A stretch of 64,000 nt of DNA from an uncultured Campylobacterales bacterium (GCA_964443745.1 CAYUEN010000004.1:13802-77801), one strand, 5' to 3'; counted from the stretch's first letter, positions 45,001-53,913 are shown. Made by a program: numbers and translations. Notes: generated by a model not told the origin, from the letters alone.

Positions 45001-45032
45001 AGTGTTTACTGAGTGTTTAGCGAAAAACACTC
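45001..45032. promoter_or_regulatory. Tandem 11-bp-phased repeat AGTGTTTACTG-AGTGTTTAGCG plus inverted third copy AAAAACACTC (site 2)
   Basis: Read directly from the sequence. Lies 49-80 bp upstream of ATG 44952 (minus-strand operon). GAGTGTTT-agcgaa-AAACACTC can also form an 8-bp hairpin. Confidence 0.5.
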
Positions 45033-45099
45033 TTGCCGGGGTGAAAGTATGCTATAATTTTCTCAGTTCAAATATTTGAAAGTCGATCGAAAGGTTTAT

Positions 45100-45342
45100 T
45101 TGCCAACCGTACTGAAAATTGGTCCATATAAATTTTATTTCTATAGCCATGAACCAAATGGACCGGCACATATTCATATTGATAGAGATAATTTGAGTGC
45201 AAAGTTTTGGTTGAATCCTGTTTCACTTGCCAGAGATATAGGATTTTCGCCAAAAGAATTGAGAAAAATAGAAAAAATCGTAATTGAGAATCAAGAAAAA
45301 TTATTGGAGGCGTGGAATGGGTATTTTGGCTTTGGGTGCTGA
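45100..45342 (+). CDS. DUF4160-family protein
   Basis: PTVLKIGPYKFYFYSHEPNGPAHIHI matches the family N-terminus. TTG 45100 lies 5 nt after AAGG; the track ORF starts at TTG 45076. Confidence 0.6.
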   Translation: MPTVLKIGPYKFYFYSHEPNGPAHIHIDRDNLSAKFWLNPVSLARDIGFSPKELRKIEKIVIENQEKLLEAWNGYFGFGC

Positions 45343-45592
45343 TGAAAGAGTGAAAGATGTCAGAATCGATGAAGATACGTTGAGTGTGGATGTGATGGAT
45401 GGTCGAACCATAACCGTACCGTTAGTTTGGTATCCTAGACTCGAACATGCCACCAAAGAACAGCGTCAGAATTGGAAAGTGTGTGGCGGGGGATATGGAA
45501 TCGAGTGGGAAGATATCGATGAGCATCTCAGTACGGAAGGACTCCTTCGTGGAGCGCCCGCACCCAGACTCAAAAATCAAAAAGTCGCATAG
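45317..45592 (+). CDS. DUF2442-family protein
   Basis: ATG 45317 after GGAGG. VKDVRIDEDTLSVDVMDGRTITVPLVWYPRL...GYGIEWEDIDEHLSTEGLL. Overlaps the DUF4160 gene by 26 nt. Confidence 0.6.
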   Translation: MGILALGADERVKDVRIDEDTLSVDVMDGRTITVPLVWYPRLEHATKEQRQNWKVCGGGYGIEWEDIDEHLSTEGLLRGAPAPRLKNQKVA

Positions 45593-45605
45593 GCTTATAA
45601 CCGAG

Positions 45606-46568
45606 TTAGACTTTTATAGTGCTAAAATCGAGAGTGACCGTCGTACCTGAACCGGATTTGCTTTCGATATCTAAGGCGATCCCGTAGTGCTCACACACCT
45701 CCTTGACGATCCCAAGTCCAAGTCCCAGCCCTGGCATCGAACTCTTTTCGCGGTAATAGGGTTCGAAGATGCGTTCGGGATGGGCGATGCCCTGCCCTCG
45801 ATCCTGGATGGTGAGTCTGTTTTCTGCGAGGGTGATTTGGATGGGGTGGTTGTTTAGATTGTATTTGATCGCATTGGAGAGGAGATTGTCCAGCATACGG
45901 GCGATCATGACGCTGTCTGCCCGGATGATGATTTCGTTTTGGCATCGAAGCTGCAGGAGCGGGGAGCGCTCCCGGAGTTGTCCGCAGAGTTCGCACAGGT
46001 AGATACGCTCCTCTTTGTAGTCGATTTTGGCGTGGGCGATGGCGTTTTTGAGCCGTTCTTCCAGAGACTCGAGCATCTGCAGACTTTGTAGAATACGTTT
46101 GACCCTTTTGCGCTGGGCGTCGTTCAAGTCGAGTTTTTGTAAGGCGGTAGCGTTCAGATGTGCGGTGGTGATGGGGGTGTTGAGATCATGAATCATCGAT
46201 CTGGCGAAATTTTCCACCAGATCCACCGCTTCGCGCATCGGACGCAGCGAGATGCGGGCGAGGTAGTAGCTCAGTCCCAGCCCGAAGAGAAAAAGAAGCA
46301 GCGCGGCGAACGCAAGTTCGCGGTAGAGTGTATCGTACGCTTCGGTGAAATCCGGCTTTTTGATCGGGCATTCGAACCCTTCGGGGGCATTTTTCAAAAG
46401 CCTTTTGCACTGCAGATCATGAAGTTTGAGGGCGATTTTCTCTTCCTGATGGATACGGCGCGTCTCTTTGTGGCCGTACCACCAGAAGATGAGCGCGCCC
46501 ATCAACATGATGCCCCCCAGATAGAGCGCCATAAAGGTCAATAAAGAGCGGCGTTCATACGATCTCAA
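45606..46568 (-). CDS. Sensor histidine kinase (two TM helices, short Cys-containing periplasmic loop)
   Basis: H-box SMIHDLNTP, N-box LLSNAIKYN, G-boxes QDRGQGI and GLGLGLGIV. The periplasmic loop contains CKRLLKNAPEGFEC. Confidence 0.9.
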   Translation of the reverse strand: MRSYERRSLLTFMALYLGGIMLMGALIFWWYGHKETRRIHQEEKIALKLHDLQCKRLLKNAPEGFECPIKKPDFTEAYDTLYRELAFAALLLFLFGLGLSYYLARISLRPMREAVDLVENFARSMIHDLNTPITTAHLNATALQKLDLNDAQRKRVKRILQSLQMLESLEERLKNAIAHAKIDYKEERIYLCELCGQLRERSPLLQLRCQNEIIIRADSVMIARMLDNLLSNAIKYNLNNHPIQITLAENRLTIQDRGQGIAHPERIFEPYYREKSSMPGLGLGLGIVKEVCEHYGIALDIESKSGSGTTVTLDFSTIKV

Positions 46569-47205
46569 AACGGTATCCTACCCCGCGGACGTTTTTGAGT
46601 CCGGCGTAGCCTTCCAGATGGGTGTTGAGGTGTTTGATATAGACTCGAAAAGTGGTGTCGCTGATAAACTCGTCTTCGTAAAGCTCGCTCATGATCTCCT
46701 CTTTGGAGACGATGCGCTTCTTGTGTCTGATGAAGTAGTCGAGTATTTCGAACTCCTTTTTGGGAAGGGGGTGGGGCGTACCGTCGACGATGAGAGCGTA
46801 TTGCTCCCTGTCGAGCGCCAGATGGGGGCTGACGATCAGCTTTTCGTCTTTGATCTTCGCTTCGATGCGAATCAACAGCGTCTCCATATCGAACGGTTTG
46901 ACCACATAATCATCCGCCCCCGCGCCGAACCCCTCTCTCAGATCGTTCGCTTCACCCCGTGCGGTCAGGAATATCGCCGGCGTATCGTCTCCGCTGTTTC
47001 GGAGCGAAGCGAGCAGATCGAAGCCGCTCATCCCGGGTACGTTGACATCCAGAAGGTAGAGATCGTAGCGGTTTTCGAAAGTGCGTTCCGACGCTTCGTC
47101 GGAGTTTTTGACCCACTCCACCGCATATCCGGCTTCCTGCAGATCTTCATAGACCGTCTCGCCCAGTAGAGGGTCGTCTTCGAGAAAAAGGATGGTTTTT
47201 CGCAT
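46555..47205 (-). CDS. OmpR/PhoB-family response regulator
   Basis: Start ATG 47205 (MRKTILFLEDDPLLG), receiver Asp in YLLDVNVPGMSG, winged-helix C-terminus (LKNVRGVGYRFEIV). Overlaps the kinase start by 14 nt. Confidence 0.92.
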   Translation of the reverse strand: MRKTILFLEDDPLLGETVYEDLQEAGYAVEWVKNSDEASERTFENRYDLYLLDVNVPGMSGFDLLASLRNSGDDTPAIFLTARGEANDLREGFGAGADDYVVKPFDMETLLIRIEAKIKDEKLIVSPHLALDREQYALIVDGTPHPLPKKEFEILDYFIRHKKRIVSKEEIMSELYEDEFISDTTFRVYIKHLNTHLEGYAGLKNVRGVGYRFEIV

Positions 47206-47251
47206 ATTTCGGCTTTCGAATCCGTTTTCGTTATTGTAACACAATCGGGAT

Positions 47252-48370
47252 TCACCCCGCGGGGGTGTCGGAGCGCTTTTTGGGGGAAAAACGGGATTTG
47301 AAAAGAAGGCGGAAAACGAGTGCCCAGAGAATGAGCGAGCTTGCGATTGCGACGACCCCGCCTTCTTCCTGCGTATGGACGATCGACGTGACGTCGATGC
47401 CACCGGCAGAAAAGAGCGCATCGAGTCCCAGACCGAAAAGTATGCTGCCGACTACGATCGAGAAGAGATAGATGAAGAGCGTCTTGTCGCCGAGCATCTT
47501 TCTGACCACCCCGATTGTGACGGTGTTGGTCGCGGGACCCGCGGAGAGAAAGACAAACGCCGCCCCCGCACTCACCCCCGAGAGCATCAATCCGGCGGCG
47601 ATAGGCAGGGAGGCGGTCGCACAGACATACATGGGGACGGCGATCGCGATCGCGATCAGATAGGAGAGGGTGGGGTGCAACCTGAGAATTTCGCTCAGAT
47701 TTTCCGGAATCGCGACGGTGATCGCCGCACCTAGCAATACACCCCAGAGCAGCGGTGCGGCTATATCTCCAAGTAGCGTGACGAAGGCGTAACGTATCGC
47801 GGCGGAAAGTGAAAAGCCCTTTTTGTTTTCGTTTGCGCAGCAGCCGGCATTCTTCTTCGCTTCGGGAGGCCCGAAGGTCGTGAAATCGCGTGAGAAGGAG
47901 GTGGTGGCGCGAAGAGAGACGGGTTTGGGAGATGCGGCGAAGGAGGACTGCGGCCGAGAGGGGGCAATGAGATTGGTCAGAATGCCTGCGACTGTCGCGA
48001 TGATCATCGAAGTTATGAGACGATAGAGGGTAAAGAGCCAGCCGAACATCCCGAACGTCGCCAGAATCGAATCGACCCCGGTGATCGGTGTGGAGATCAG
48101 AAAGGAGAGTGTCGCGCCGTTGCTCGCGCCGCTTTTTTTGATCGAAGTGGCCAGCGGAATCACCCCGCAAGAGCAAACCGGCAGAGGGATTCCGAAAAGT
48201 GTCGATTTGACGATGGAGCCGACCGAATCGTTTCCCAGATGTCTGGTCACCAGCGAATCGGGTACCGTCTCATGAAGGATTCCGGCAAAAAGAAGACCGA
48301 AAAGAATATAAGGCGCCATCGCGTTGCTCAGCTCCCAGAGTGCGCCGAAAAAAGAGAGAACCGCCTCCAT
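47252..48370 (-). CDS. Two-repeat permease of the COG0701/ArsP-like family with vicinal-Cys motif
   Basis: FGIPLPVCSCGVIPLATS, cytoplasmic loop with GCCANENKKG, about 8-10 TM helices. The substrate (metal/metalloid?) is not inferable. Confidence 0.6.
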   Translation of the reverse strand: MEAVLSFFGALWELSNAMAPYILFGLLFAGILHETVPDSLVTRHLGNDSVGSIVKSTLFGIPLPVCSCGVIPLATSIKKSGASNGATLSFLISTPITGVDSILATFGMFGWLFTLYRLITSMIIATVAGILTNLIAPSRPQSSFAASPKPVSLRATTSFSRDFTTFGPPEAKKNAGCCANENKKGFSLSAAIRYAFVTLLGDIAAPLLWGVLLGAAITVAIPENLSEILRLHPTLSYLIAIAIAVPMYVCATASLPIAAGLMLSGVSAGAAFVFLSAGPATNTVTIGVVRKMLGDKTLFIYLFSIVVGSILFGLGLDALFSAGGIDVTSIVHTQEEGGVVAIASSLILWALVFRLLFKSRFSPKKRSDTPAG

Positions 48371-48373
48371 CCG

Positions 48374-50746
48374 CTAACGCCTCTTTCTTCTTCGAAACCA
48401 CCAGTAGGCGATCGCGATGCCCGCCAGCAAACCGCCCAGCACCTGTACCCATGCGCTTATCAGGAGGCTTTTGTTCAAGATCGTTCGGTGCGTCTTGTTG
48501 TCGATCGTCACGCCCGCAACTTCGGCGGTATGGACCATCAACGATACGGCCAGATCTTCGTCGGGTATCTCCTTGTGGCAGCTTAGACAGACGCCCCGTC
48601 GGTCGACTCTGGCGCGGGTTTGGTTGTCGAGTGCGCGCGAGAGTCGCCAGTGGTTGCCGACCGTTTGGAGTTGGGTACCGTTTTCGTCGACGAAACGGGA
48701 GTAGTCGTCTTTTAGGTTGGGGATGGCGGGAATCTGCTCGTCGACGTTTTTGGGGAGGATTTTCCGATCGGCGCTCATCAAATCGACGATCGTCGTTCGG
48801 GTTTGGTCGGCGAAATACGTTCCGCCCCCGATGCCGTAACCGAGCGCTTTGGCGCTGGCGTGGCAGCTCTCGCAACTGCGTCCCTTTTTGGTGATCGTGT
48901 GGGGGTTGACAGGTGACATGACGATCGAATTGACTCCCTCCTCCCCGTGGCCTTCGACGTTGGGAATCTTGAAGATATGGTTTTGCAGCAGCGCCTTTCC
49001 GCTTTTGCCGATGACGGTGAGGGTCACCTGGCATCCGGGGATGACCGGCGAGACGCGCCCTTCGCCGTTTTGGGCCAGCGGAGGATCCTCCCACCTCAGA
49101 TAAGAGCGGGTTTCGGTCACCTTGCCGTCGACTAGAAACGATTTGAGGTTGTCGACTTCGCCGGTGATGCCGTGACGGTGGCTTTTGGAAGCGGCGAGAT
49201 AGTCCGGATTACGTTTGCCGCCGGAGTAGTCGATTTTGACATGACAGCCGTAACACTGCGGAGCCCATGCGGCATGACAGGTATAGCATTCGAGTCTATC
49301 GGTATGCGCTTTGATCCGATCCATCGCCACGAGCCCTTCGCGGGAGAGTTTGCCCTCCTTTTTGAGTCCTTTGAGCGGCGTAAGCGTAAGATCCCTGCCC
49401 GAAGCCAGATGCATCACCACTTTGTTTCCCTTACGGACGGCGTGCGGCATCGGATTGCCTCTGGCGCTCAGCAAAAATCCGTCGCCGCGATCTTTGGGGA
49501 CATATCCTTTTTCGAGATATTCAGCAAGTGTCCGGACCGTACCGCGCGGGGCGCCTTTTGCCGGTGTAGTGGCGAATTCATCGCCGTATCCGAGCGGAAG
49601 CTCCCACGGATATCTGTCGGTCGTACCATGACAATCCTGACATTCGATCTCCACCGCTCCCAGATTGGCACCCGTGATGAAGCCGTCGCCGTGGAGGTCG
49701 TTGGAGGTGTGGCAATCCTGACAGAGCATCCCTTTGGTGTAGTGGATGTCCTCCTGAAGATGGAGATAGCGTTTTGTGTGGAGTTTGGGCTGGGGATTGC
49801 CCGCATCGTCGAAAGTCGCCTTATATTCGGTCTCCATAAGTCCCTGGTAGGAGACGCCGATTCGCTTGCCGCGATTGTGACAGGTGGTACAAGTTTCGAC
49901 CGGTATACCGGAGTAGCAGACGCCATGAATCGAGACGTTTACGTCGCGTGAAGACTGGATCGCATGGACGAGAAGATGACCCGGCTCCTTTTTGGGGATC
50001 GTGGGATCGCCCCCTTCGTAGAAGCCTTCGTTGGAGTAGGGGATATGGCAGGAGGAGCAGCCGATACCCCGGAAGTCTCCCCGTCTGTATCTGCCTTTGC
50101 CGCCGGTGTGACAGCGCAGACACTCCTGGCGCAGGTAGGTATAGACGGAGAGTGTCGGATCCTTCTCCACCTCTTCGGCCGTCGGTGCGGGCGGGAGTTC
50201 GATCTGCTTCTTCAAAAATGCCTGCGGCTCCTTTTTGGACAGACCTTTCATATAGTTTTCGTAGGTGTCGGTACCGAGGCGTTTGTGGATATTTTCGACA
50301 CCGAAGTTGGCGTAGGTGTGGTTGTAACCCTCCTTGGCTCCGAATCCCCAGATCGCCCCGTGTATCTTTCCGCTTTCGGTCGCCATCAGGTTGTTCCACT
50401 GTGCGCTTACCTGCTCCTTGTGGCAGATGCCGCAGGTGTTTTCGTTGATCCACGGACTTCCGGGTGCGGGATAGAAGGCTTTGGGGCCCTTGTGGTCGAG
50501 AAAATAGGGAAGGGTGCCGCTATGGGCGTCGCTTTTCTCCTTCGCTTCGGGGTTTCCGCCGTGACAAACGATACAGTCGTTGCCTTTCGCCCCCGCTTTT
50601 TCGGCGATGCGATAGATCTCCCGCATCATCTTCGAATGGGGATCCCGGATCTGTTCGATCCCTTTGTGGCATGCCATACAGCCGTTGGCTCCATGGAGCG
50701 AAAGCGTCACCAGAAAAATCGAAACGAAAAACGAAAATATACGCAC
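48374..50746 (-). CDS. Dodecahaem c-type cytochrome with C-terminal membrane anchor
   Basis: 12 CxxCH motifs by my count (CMACH, CIVCH, CGICH, CLRCH, CSSCH, CTTCH, CQDCH x2, CYTCH, CYGCH, CESCH, CLSCH). C-terminal TM LLISAWVQVLGGLLAGIAIAYWWF plus RRRKRR. Start re-called at GTG 50746 after AAGGAGG; the track ORF starts at 50782. Confidence 0.85.
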   Translation of the reverse strand: MRIFSFFVSIFLVTLSLHGANGCMACHKGIEQIRDPHSKMMREIYRIAEKAGAKGNDCIVCHGGNPEAKEKSDAHSGTLPYFLDHKGPKAFYPAPGSPWINENTCGICHKEQVSAQWNNLMATESGKIHGAIWGFGAKEGYNHTYANFGVENIHKRLGTDTYENYMKGLSKKEPQAFLKKQIELPPAPTAEEVEKDPTLSVYTYLRQECLRCHTGGKGRYRRGDFRGIGCSSCHIPYSNEGFYEGGDPTIPKKEPGHLLVHAIQSSRDVNVSIHGVCYSGIPVETCTTCHNRGKRIGVSYQGLMETEYKATFDDAGNPQPKLHTKRYLHLQEDIHYTKGMLCQDCHTSNDLHGDGFITGANLGAVEIECQDCHGTTDRYPWELPLGYGDEFATTPAKGAPRGTVRTLAEYLEKGYVPKDRGDGFLLSARGNPMPHAVRKGNKVVMHLASGRDLTLTPLKGLKKEGKLSREGLVAMDRIKAHTDRLECYTCHAAWAPQCYGCHVKIDYSGGKRNPDYLAASKSHRHGITGEVDNLKSFLVDGKVTETRSYLRWEDPPLAQNGEGRVSPVIPGCQVTLTVIGKSGKALLQNHIFKIPNVEGHGEEGVNSIVMSPVNPHTITKKGRSCESCHASAKALGYGIGGGTYFADQTRTTIVDLMSADRKILPKNVDEQIPAIPNLKDDYSRFVDENGTQLQTVGNHWRLSRALDNQTRARVDRRGVCLSCHKEIPDEDLAVSLMVHTAEVAGVTIDNKTHRTILNKSLLISAWVQVLGGLLAGIAIAYWWFRRRKRR

Positions 50747-50892
50747 CGCCCCTCCTTTTGATATCTGCGGATATACTACCACAATTTTACCAATCTCTCA
50801 TATCGCGCCCTTTTCATCCTGCTGAAGCACACCCGTTGCGTATGACAAGGTAAAGAAGCATATCTACCCCTCTCCTTTTTTTGAGAGGATTC

Positions 50893-50908
50893 ATGATAGA
50901 ATGATAGC
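50893..50908. repeat. Tandem 8-mer ATGATAGA-ATGATAGC in divergent promoter region
   Basis: Read directly from the sequence. Lies between the cytochrome gene (minus) and the flavin reductase gene (plus), next to the CCTCTC-cttttttt-GAGAGG hairpin at 50869-50888. Confidence 0.4.
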
Positions 50909-50949
50909 GATTAAATATAAATAAATATTATATATTAAAAGGAGAGTGC

Positions 50950-51543
50950 ATGGTGATCGACTACCGGAAAACCACACCGGCCGAAAACTACAAGCTGATG
51001 AGTCAATCGATCGTTCCAAGACCGATCGCCTGGATCGTGACCGAAAGCGGGGGTGTCGTCAACCTCGCCCCTTTCAGCTATTTCACCGCTCTCTCTTCGC
51101 ATCCGCCCACGGTGATCGTCTCCATCGGTCACAAAAGCGACGGTACCAGCAAAGATACGCTTCGAAACCTCCGCGAAAGCGGCAGATGCACTCTTTGCAT
51201 GGTGGACGAGGCGCATCTGGAAGCGATGCATCTGACTTCCAAAGAGATGGCGGCCAACGAGAGCGAGGCCGAAGCGTTCGCGATTCCGCTGCGAAAAAAG
51301 ATGGAGGGGTATCCGCCGATCGTCGCGGGCGTTCCGATCGCCCTCTTCTGCAGACTCTACGAAGAGATCGATCTGAAAGGAAGCAAAACCGTCCCGCTGA
51401 TTCTGGAGATCGAGGCGCAGTATCTGGACGATACGATCGTATCCGACGCAGACTCTCTTCTAATCGAGTGGCGGCCGATCGGCAGGGTCGCGAAGCGCTA
51501 CGCGAAGATGGGCGAAGAGATCGCTCCTGCGAAAATCCCGTAG
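50950..51543 (+). CDS. Flavin reductase-like (FMN-binding split-barrel) protein
   Basis: YKLMSQSIVPRPIAWIVTESGGVVNLAPFSYFTALSSHPPTVIVSI. SD AAAAGGAGAG. Confidence 0.8.
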   Translation: MVIDYRKTTPAENYKLMSQSIVPRPIAWIVTESGGVVNLAPFSYFTALSSHPPTVIVSIGHKSDGTSKDTLRNLRESGRCTLCMVDEAHLEAMHLTSKEMAANESEAEAFAIPLRKKMEGYPPIVAGVPIALFCRLYEEIDLKGSKTVPLILEIEAQYLDDTIVSDADSLLIEWRPIGRVAKRYAKMGEEIAPAKIP

Positions 51544-52083
51544 ATGCGAAAGTTTCGCACCACCTTTTCCGTCGCCGTCCGCATTTTTCTCTGGGTGCTT
51601 TTGCTCGCGGGCGGAGCGGTCGGAGGCATCTGGCTCGATTTGCGTTTTTTTCGGACGCTCTTTTTCGATCCGCTCTTCCATCTGTTCACGTTCGTCGTGG
51701 GAGTGGGATTGATGGCGCTCGCTTTTCGCGCGGCGGCTGTCGGAGGAAGGGCGTTGGCCAGATACGGCAGAAGGGGGGATCTTCCCAGGCTTGAGACCGA
51801 CCGTCTCGTGACGACGGGAATCTATGCGAAGATGCGCCATCCGATGCTTTTCGGGCTCGCCCTCGTTCCGCCGGCCCTCGCGCTCATGATCGGTTCGCCT
51901 TCGTTTATCGTGGGGATCGCTCCGCTGGAGATGCTCTTTATCGTGGTGATGGTGATGACGCTGGAAGAGGCCGAATGCAGGAGGAAATTCGGTGCCGATT
52001 ACGACGACTACGCCTCGAAAACCCCCGCCGTCTGTTTCAGGCCGGAGTGTCTAAAGGCGCTTTTTGGCGCAAAAGAGCGTTAG
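51544..52083 (+). CDS. Isoprenylcysteine carboxyl / phospholipid methyltransferase-family membrane protein
   Basis: [17 protein letters not shown] and [18 protein letters not shown] motifs, about 4 TM helices. ATG follows the upstream TAG directly. Confidence 0.75.
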   Translation: MRKFRTTFSVAVRIFLWVLLLAGGAVGGIWLDLRFFRTLFFDPLFHLFTFVVGVGLMALAFRAAAVGGRALARYGRRGDLPRLETDRLVTTGIYAKMRHPMLFGLALVPPALALMIGSPSFIVGIAPLEMLFIVVMVMTLEEAECRRKFGADYDDYASKTPAVCFRPECLKALFGAKER

Positions 52084-52790
52084 TCGATATTGGTGTATAC
52101 GGCTTGTACGTCGTCATCCTCTTCGATACGGTCCAGAAGTTTTTCGACATCTTCCATCTGCGTTTCCGTAAGCGTGATGGGTTGGTTGGGGATATACTGC
52201 AGCGAAGCCTTCGCGGGTTCGATTCCTCTGTCCCGAAGCGCGTTGGAGAGGGCGCCGAAATTCTCGTAGGAGCCGTAGAGATAGAGTGTGTCTCCTTCCG
52301 TTTCGAGCTCCTCCAATCCCGCGTCGATCAATTCCAATTCCAGCTCTTCGACATCCGGAATCTCGTTTGCATGCAGTTGGAAAACCGATTTTCGTGTGAA
52401 CATGAAATCTAGCGAACCGGAAGTCAGCGGTTGCCCGCCGAGTTTGTTGAAATAACTCTTGATATTGGCGACGGTGCGGGTGTTGTTGTCGGTCGCGCAC
52501 TCCACGATGATCAGTGCACCGTGCGGTCCCTTGCCCTCGTAGGTGATCTCCTGGATCTGATCCGCATCTTTTCCGCCGGCACGTTTGATCGCCGCTTCGA
52601 TGTTCTCCTTGGGCATATTGTTGGCTTTGGCCGTCTGGATCGCACTGCGGAGTTTGGGGTTCATCTCCGGGTCGGGACCTCCCTCCTTGGCCGCCATCGT
52701 GATCGATTTGGCCAGTTTCGGAAAGATTTTGGACATCGTAGCCCACCGCTTCTCTTTCGCCGCTCGGCGATACTCGAACGCTCTACCCAT
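52080..52790 (-). CDS. yebC: YebC/PmpR-family DNA-binding regulator
   Basis: Start ATG 52790 ([23 protein letters not shown]...). AIKRAGG and [26 protein letters not shown]. The track ORF is over-extended to 53114. Confidence 0.92.
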   Translation of the reverse strand: MGRAFEYRRAAKEKRWATMSKIFPKLAKSITMAAKEGGPDPEMNPKLRSAIQTAKANNMPKENIEAAIKRAGGKDADQIQEITYEGKGPHGALIIVECATDNNTRTVANIKSYFNKLGGQPLTSGSLDFMFTRKSVFQLHANEIPDVEELELELIDAGLEELETEGDTLYLYGSYENFGALSNALRDRGIEPAKASLQYIPNQPITLTETQMEDVEKLLDRIEEDDDVQAVYTNID

Positions 52791-52852
52791 TGAAAAATCC
52801 TCGTTATGGTCTTGAAATGGGCGCATGATAGCACAAAAAGTTTTCATCATGA

Positions 52853-53362
52853 TCAATCCCGCTTTAAAAACCGTTCGTACAAAAGCCCCTGGACGACACC
52901 CGTGACGATCAGCCAGAAAGAGAAAAGAAGAGCGTATTTCCAGCCGAAATAGTCGACCAAGATGGGAAGAAGAGGAAGCTTGATCGCGCGGGTGTAGAAG
53001 AAGGTCACGAGAAGGCCCTCTTTGGCGCCGTGGTCGCGTATCTTGGCCAGCATAGGATACCAGACGTAGGAGGGGCCGTGGCTGAGAATACCGCCTACCG
53101 TGGCATAGACCCACCCTCTTAGGCCCGATTCCCGCCCCAGGTGGCGGCTGATCTTTCGCGCGTCGAAGAAGTGGTCGATCGCACCCAACAAAAAGATGAC
53201 GACCAGCAGTATCGGCAGGATCTTCAGAAAGACCGCACCGCTTTTGTGGAGAGCCAGAAGGGTTTTGTCGGGAAAGAGGCGGTAGAGTACGGCGTAGAGG
53301 CCAAGAACGAGCGTCAGAAAGAGCGTGCCGCCGACTTTGACCCGTTTTCGTTTTTCGCTCAT
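52853..53362 (-). CDS. Half-size permease subunit (second gene of a split COG0701-like pair)
   Basis: 169 aa, 4-5 TM helices, [37 protein letters not shown] overlap with the upstream gene. Confidence 0.5.
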   Translation of the reverse strand: MSEKRKRVKVGGTLFLTLVLGLYAVLYRLFPDKTLLALHKSGAVFLKILPILLVVIFLLGAIDHFFDARKISRHLGRESGLRGWVYATVGGILSHGPSYVWYPMLAKIRDHGAKEGLLVTFFYTRAIKLPLLPILVDYFGWKYALLFSFWLIVTGVVQGLLYERFLKRD

Positions 53363-53808
53363 GAAAACATCTCCGCGCTCACGGTCGTCAACCAGGCGGT
53401 GACAAAGGCGAAAACGAGGCTCAGAAGGTTGCGCGTGAGGGTGAAACGCGCGCCGAAAAGCGACCACTCTAGCGGTAGCTGCGTGATGCCGAGCGTCACC
53501 CATGAAAGGATGAAGGCGCTGACGGCATAGAGGCTCACGCCGTTGCGCAGCAGATCGCCTCCCAGAATGTAGCTGATGATCGGTTGGCCCGTCGCGACGG
53601 TGCCCGCTCCCACGCCGATCGCCATATCGACCAGAGGGCCGTGTCCGAAGAGGGCGGTGAGCGTTTTGGGTGTGACGAAAGTCTCGAAAAGGCCTATCAG
53701 CAAAAAGAGGGCGGCAAGCATGGGAGAGATTCTTATGAACATGACAAAGCCGCCCAGTAGGGATTCGGCGAAAGTTTTCTTCTCTTTGTTTCGCTTCATG
53801 CTCATCAT
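53359..53808 (-). CDS. Half-size permease subunit (first gene of the split pair)
   Basis: [17 protein letters not shown]...[35 protein letters not shown] is colinear with the N-half of the 372-aa permease at 47252-48370 but lacks CSCG. Start taken at ATG 53808; the track ORF starts at 53877 in an AT-rich, non-coding-looking stretch. Confidence 0.5.
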   Translation of the reverse strand: MMSMKRNKEKKTFAESLLGGFVMFIRISPMLAALFLLIGLFETFVTPKTLTALFGHGPLVDMAIGVGAGTVATGQPIISYILGGDLLRNGVSLYAVSAFILSWVTLGITQLPLEWSLFGARFTLTRNLLSLVFAFVTAWLTTVSAEMFS

Positions 53809-53913
53809 ACTACGCAAAAGGGGATTAAAAGAAAATTTGGCGAAAAAATAAAATGAATTATTGACTTTAAGCGTCATAAAAGGCTATAATTTCCAAAACT
53901 GCAGCAGGAGCGA

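Larger units (their letters stand above)
45050..45605. other. AT-rich islet carrying a DUF4160/DUF2442 gene pair (probable horizontally acquired insert)
   Basis: Composition drops visibly (long A/T runs, AT-rich codons) relative to both flanks. It sits between a regulatory repeat and the kinase gene stop. Confidence 0.45.

Noticed and set aside
47028-50761. Long off-frame or antisense ORFs over the permease and multihaem genes (47028-48176, 48270-49094, 49172-49951, 49964-50761, and others)
   Set aside because: Their products are Arg/Pro/Gly-rich with no CxxCH or TM logic. The annotated frames explain the region fully.
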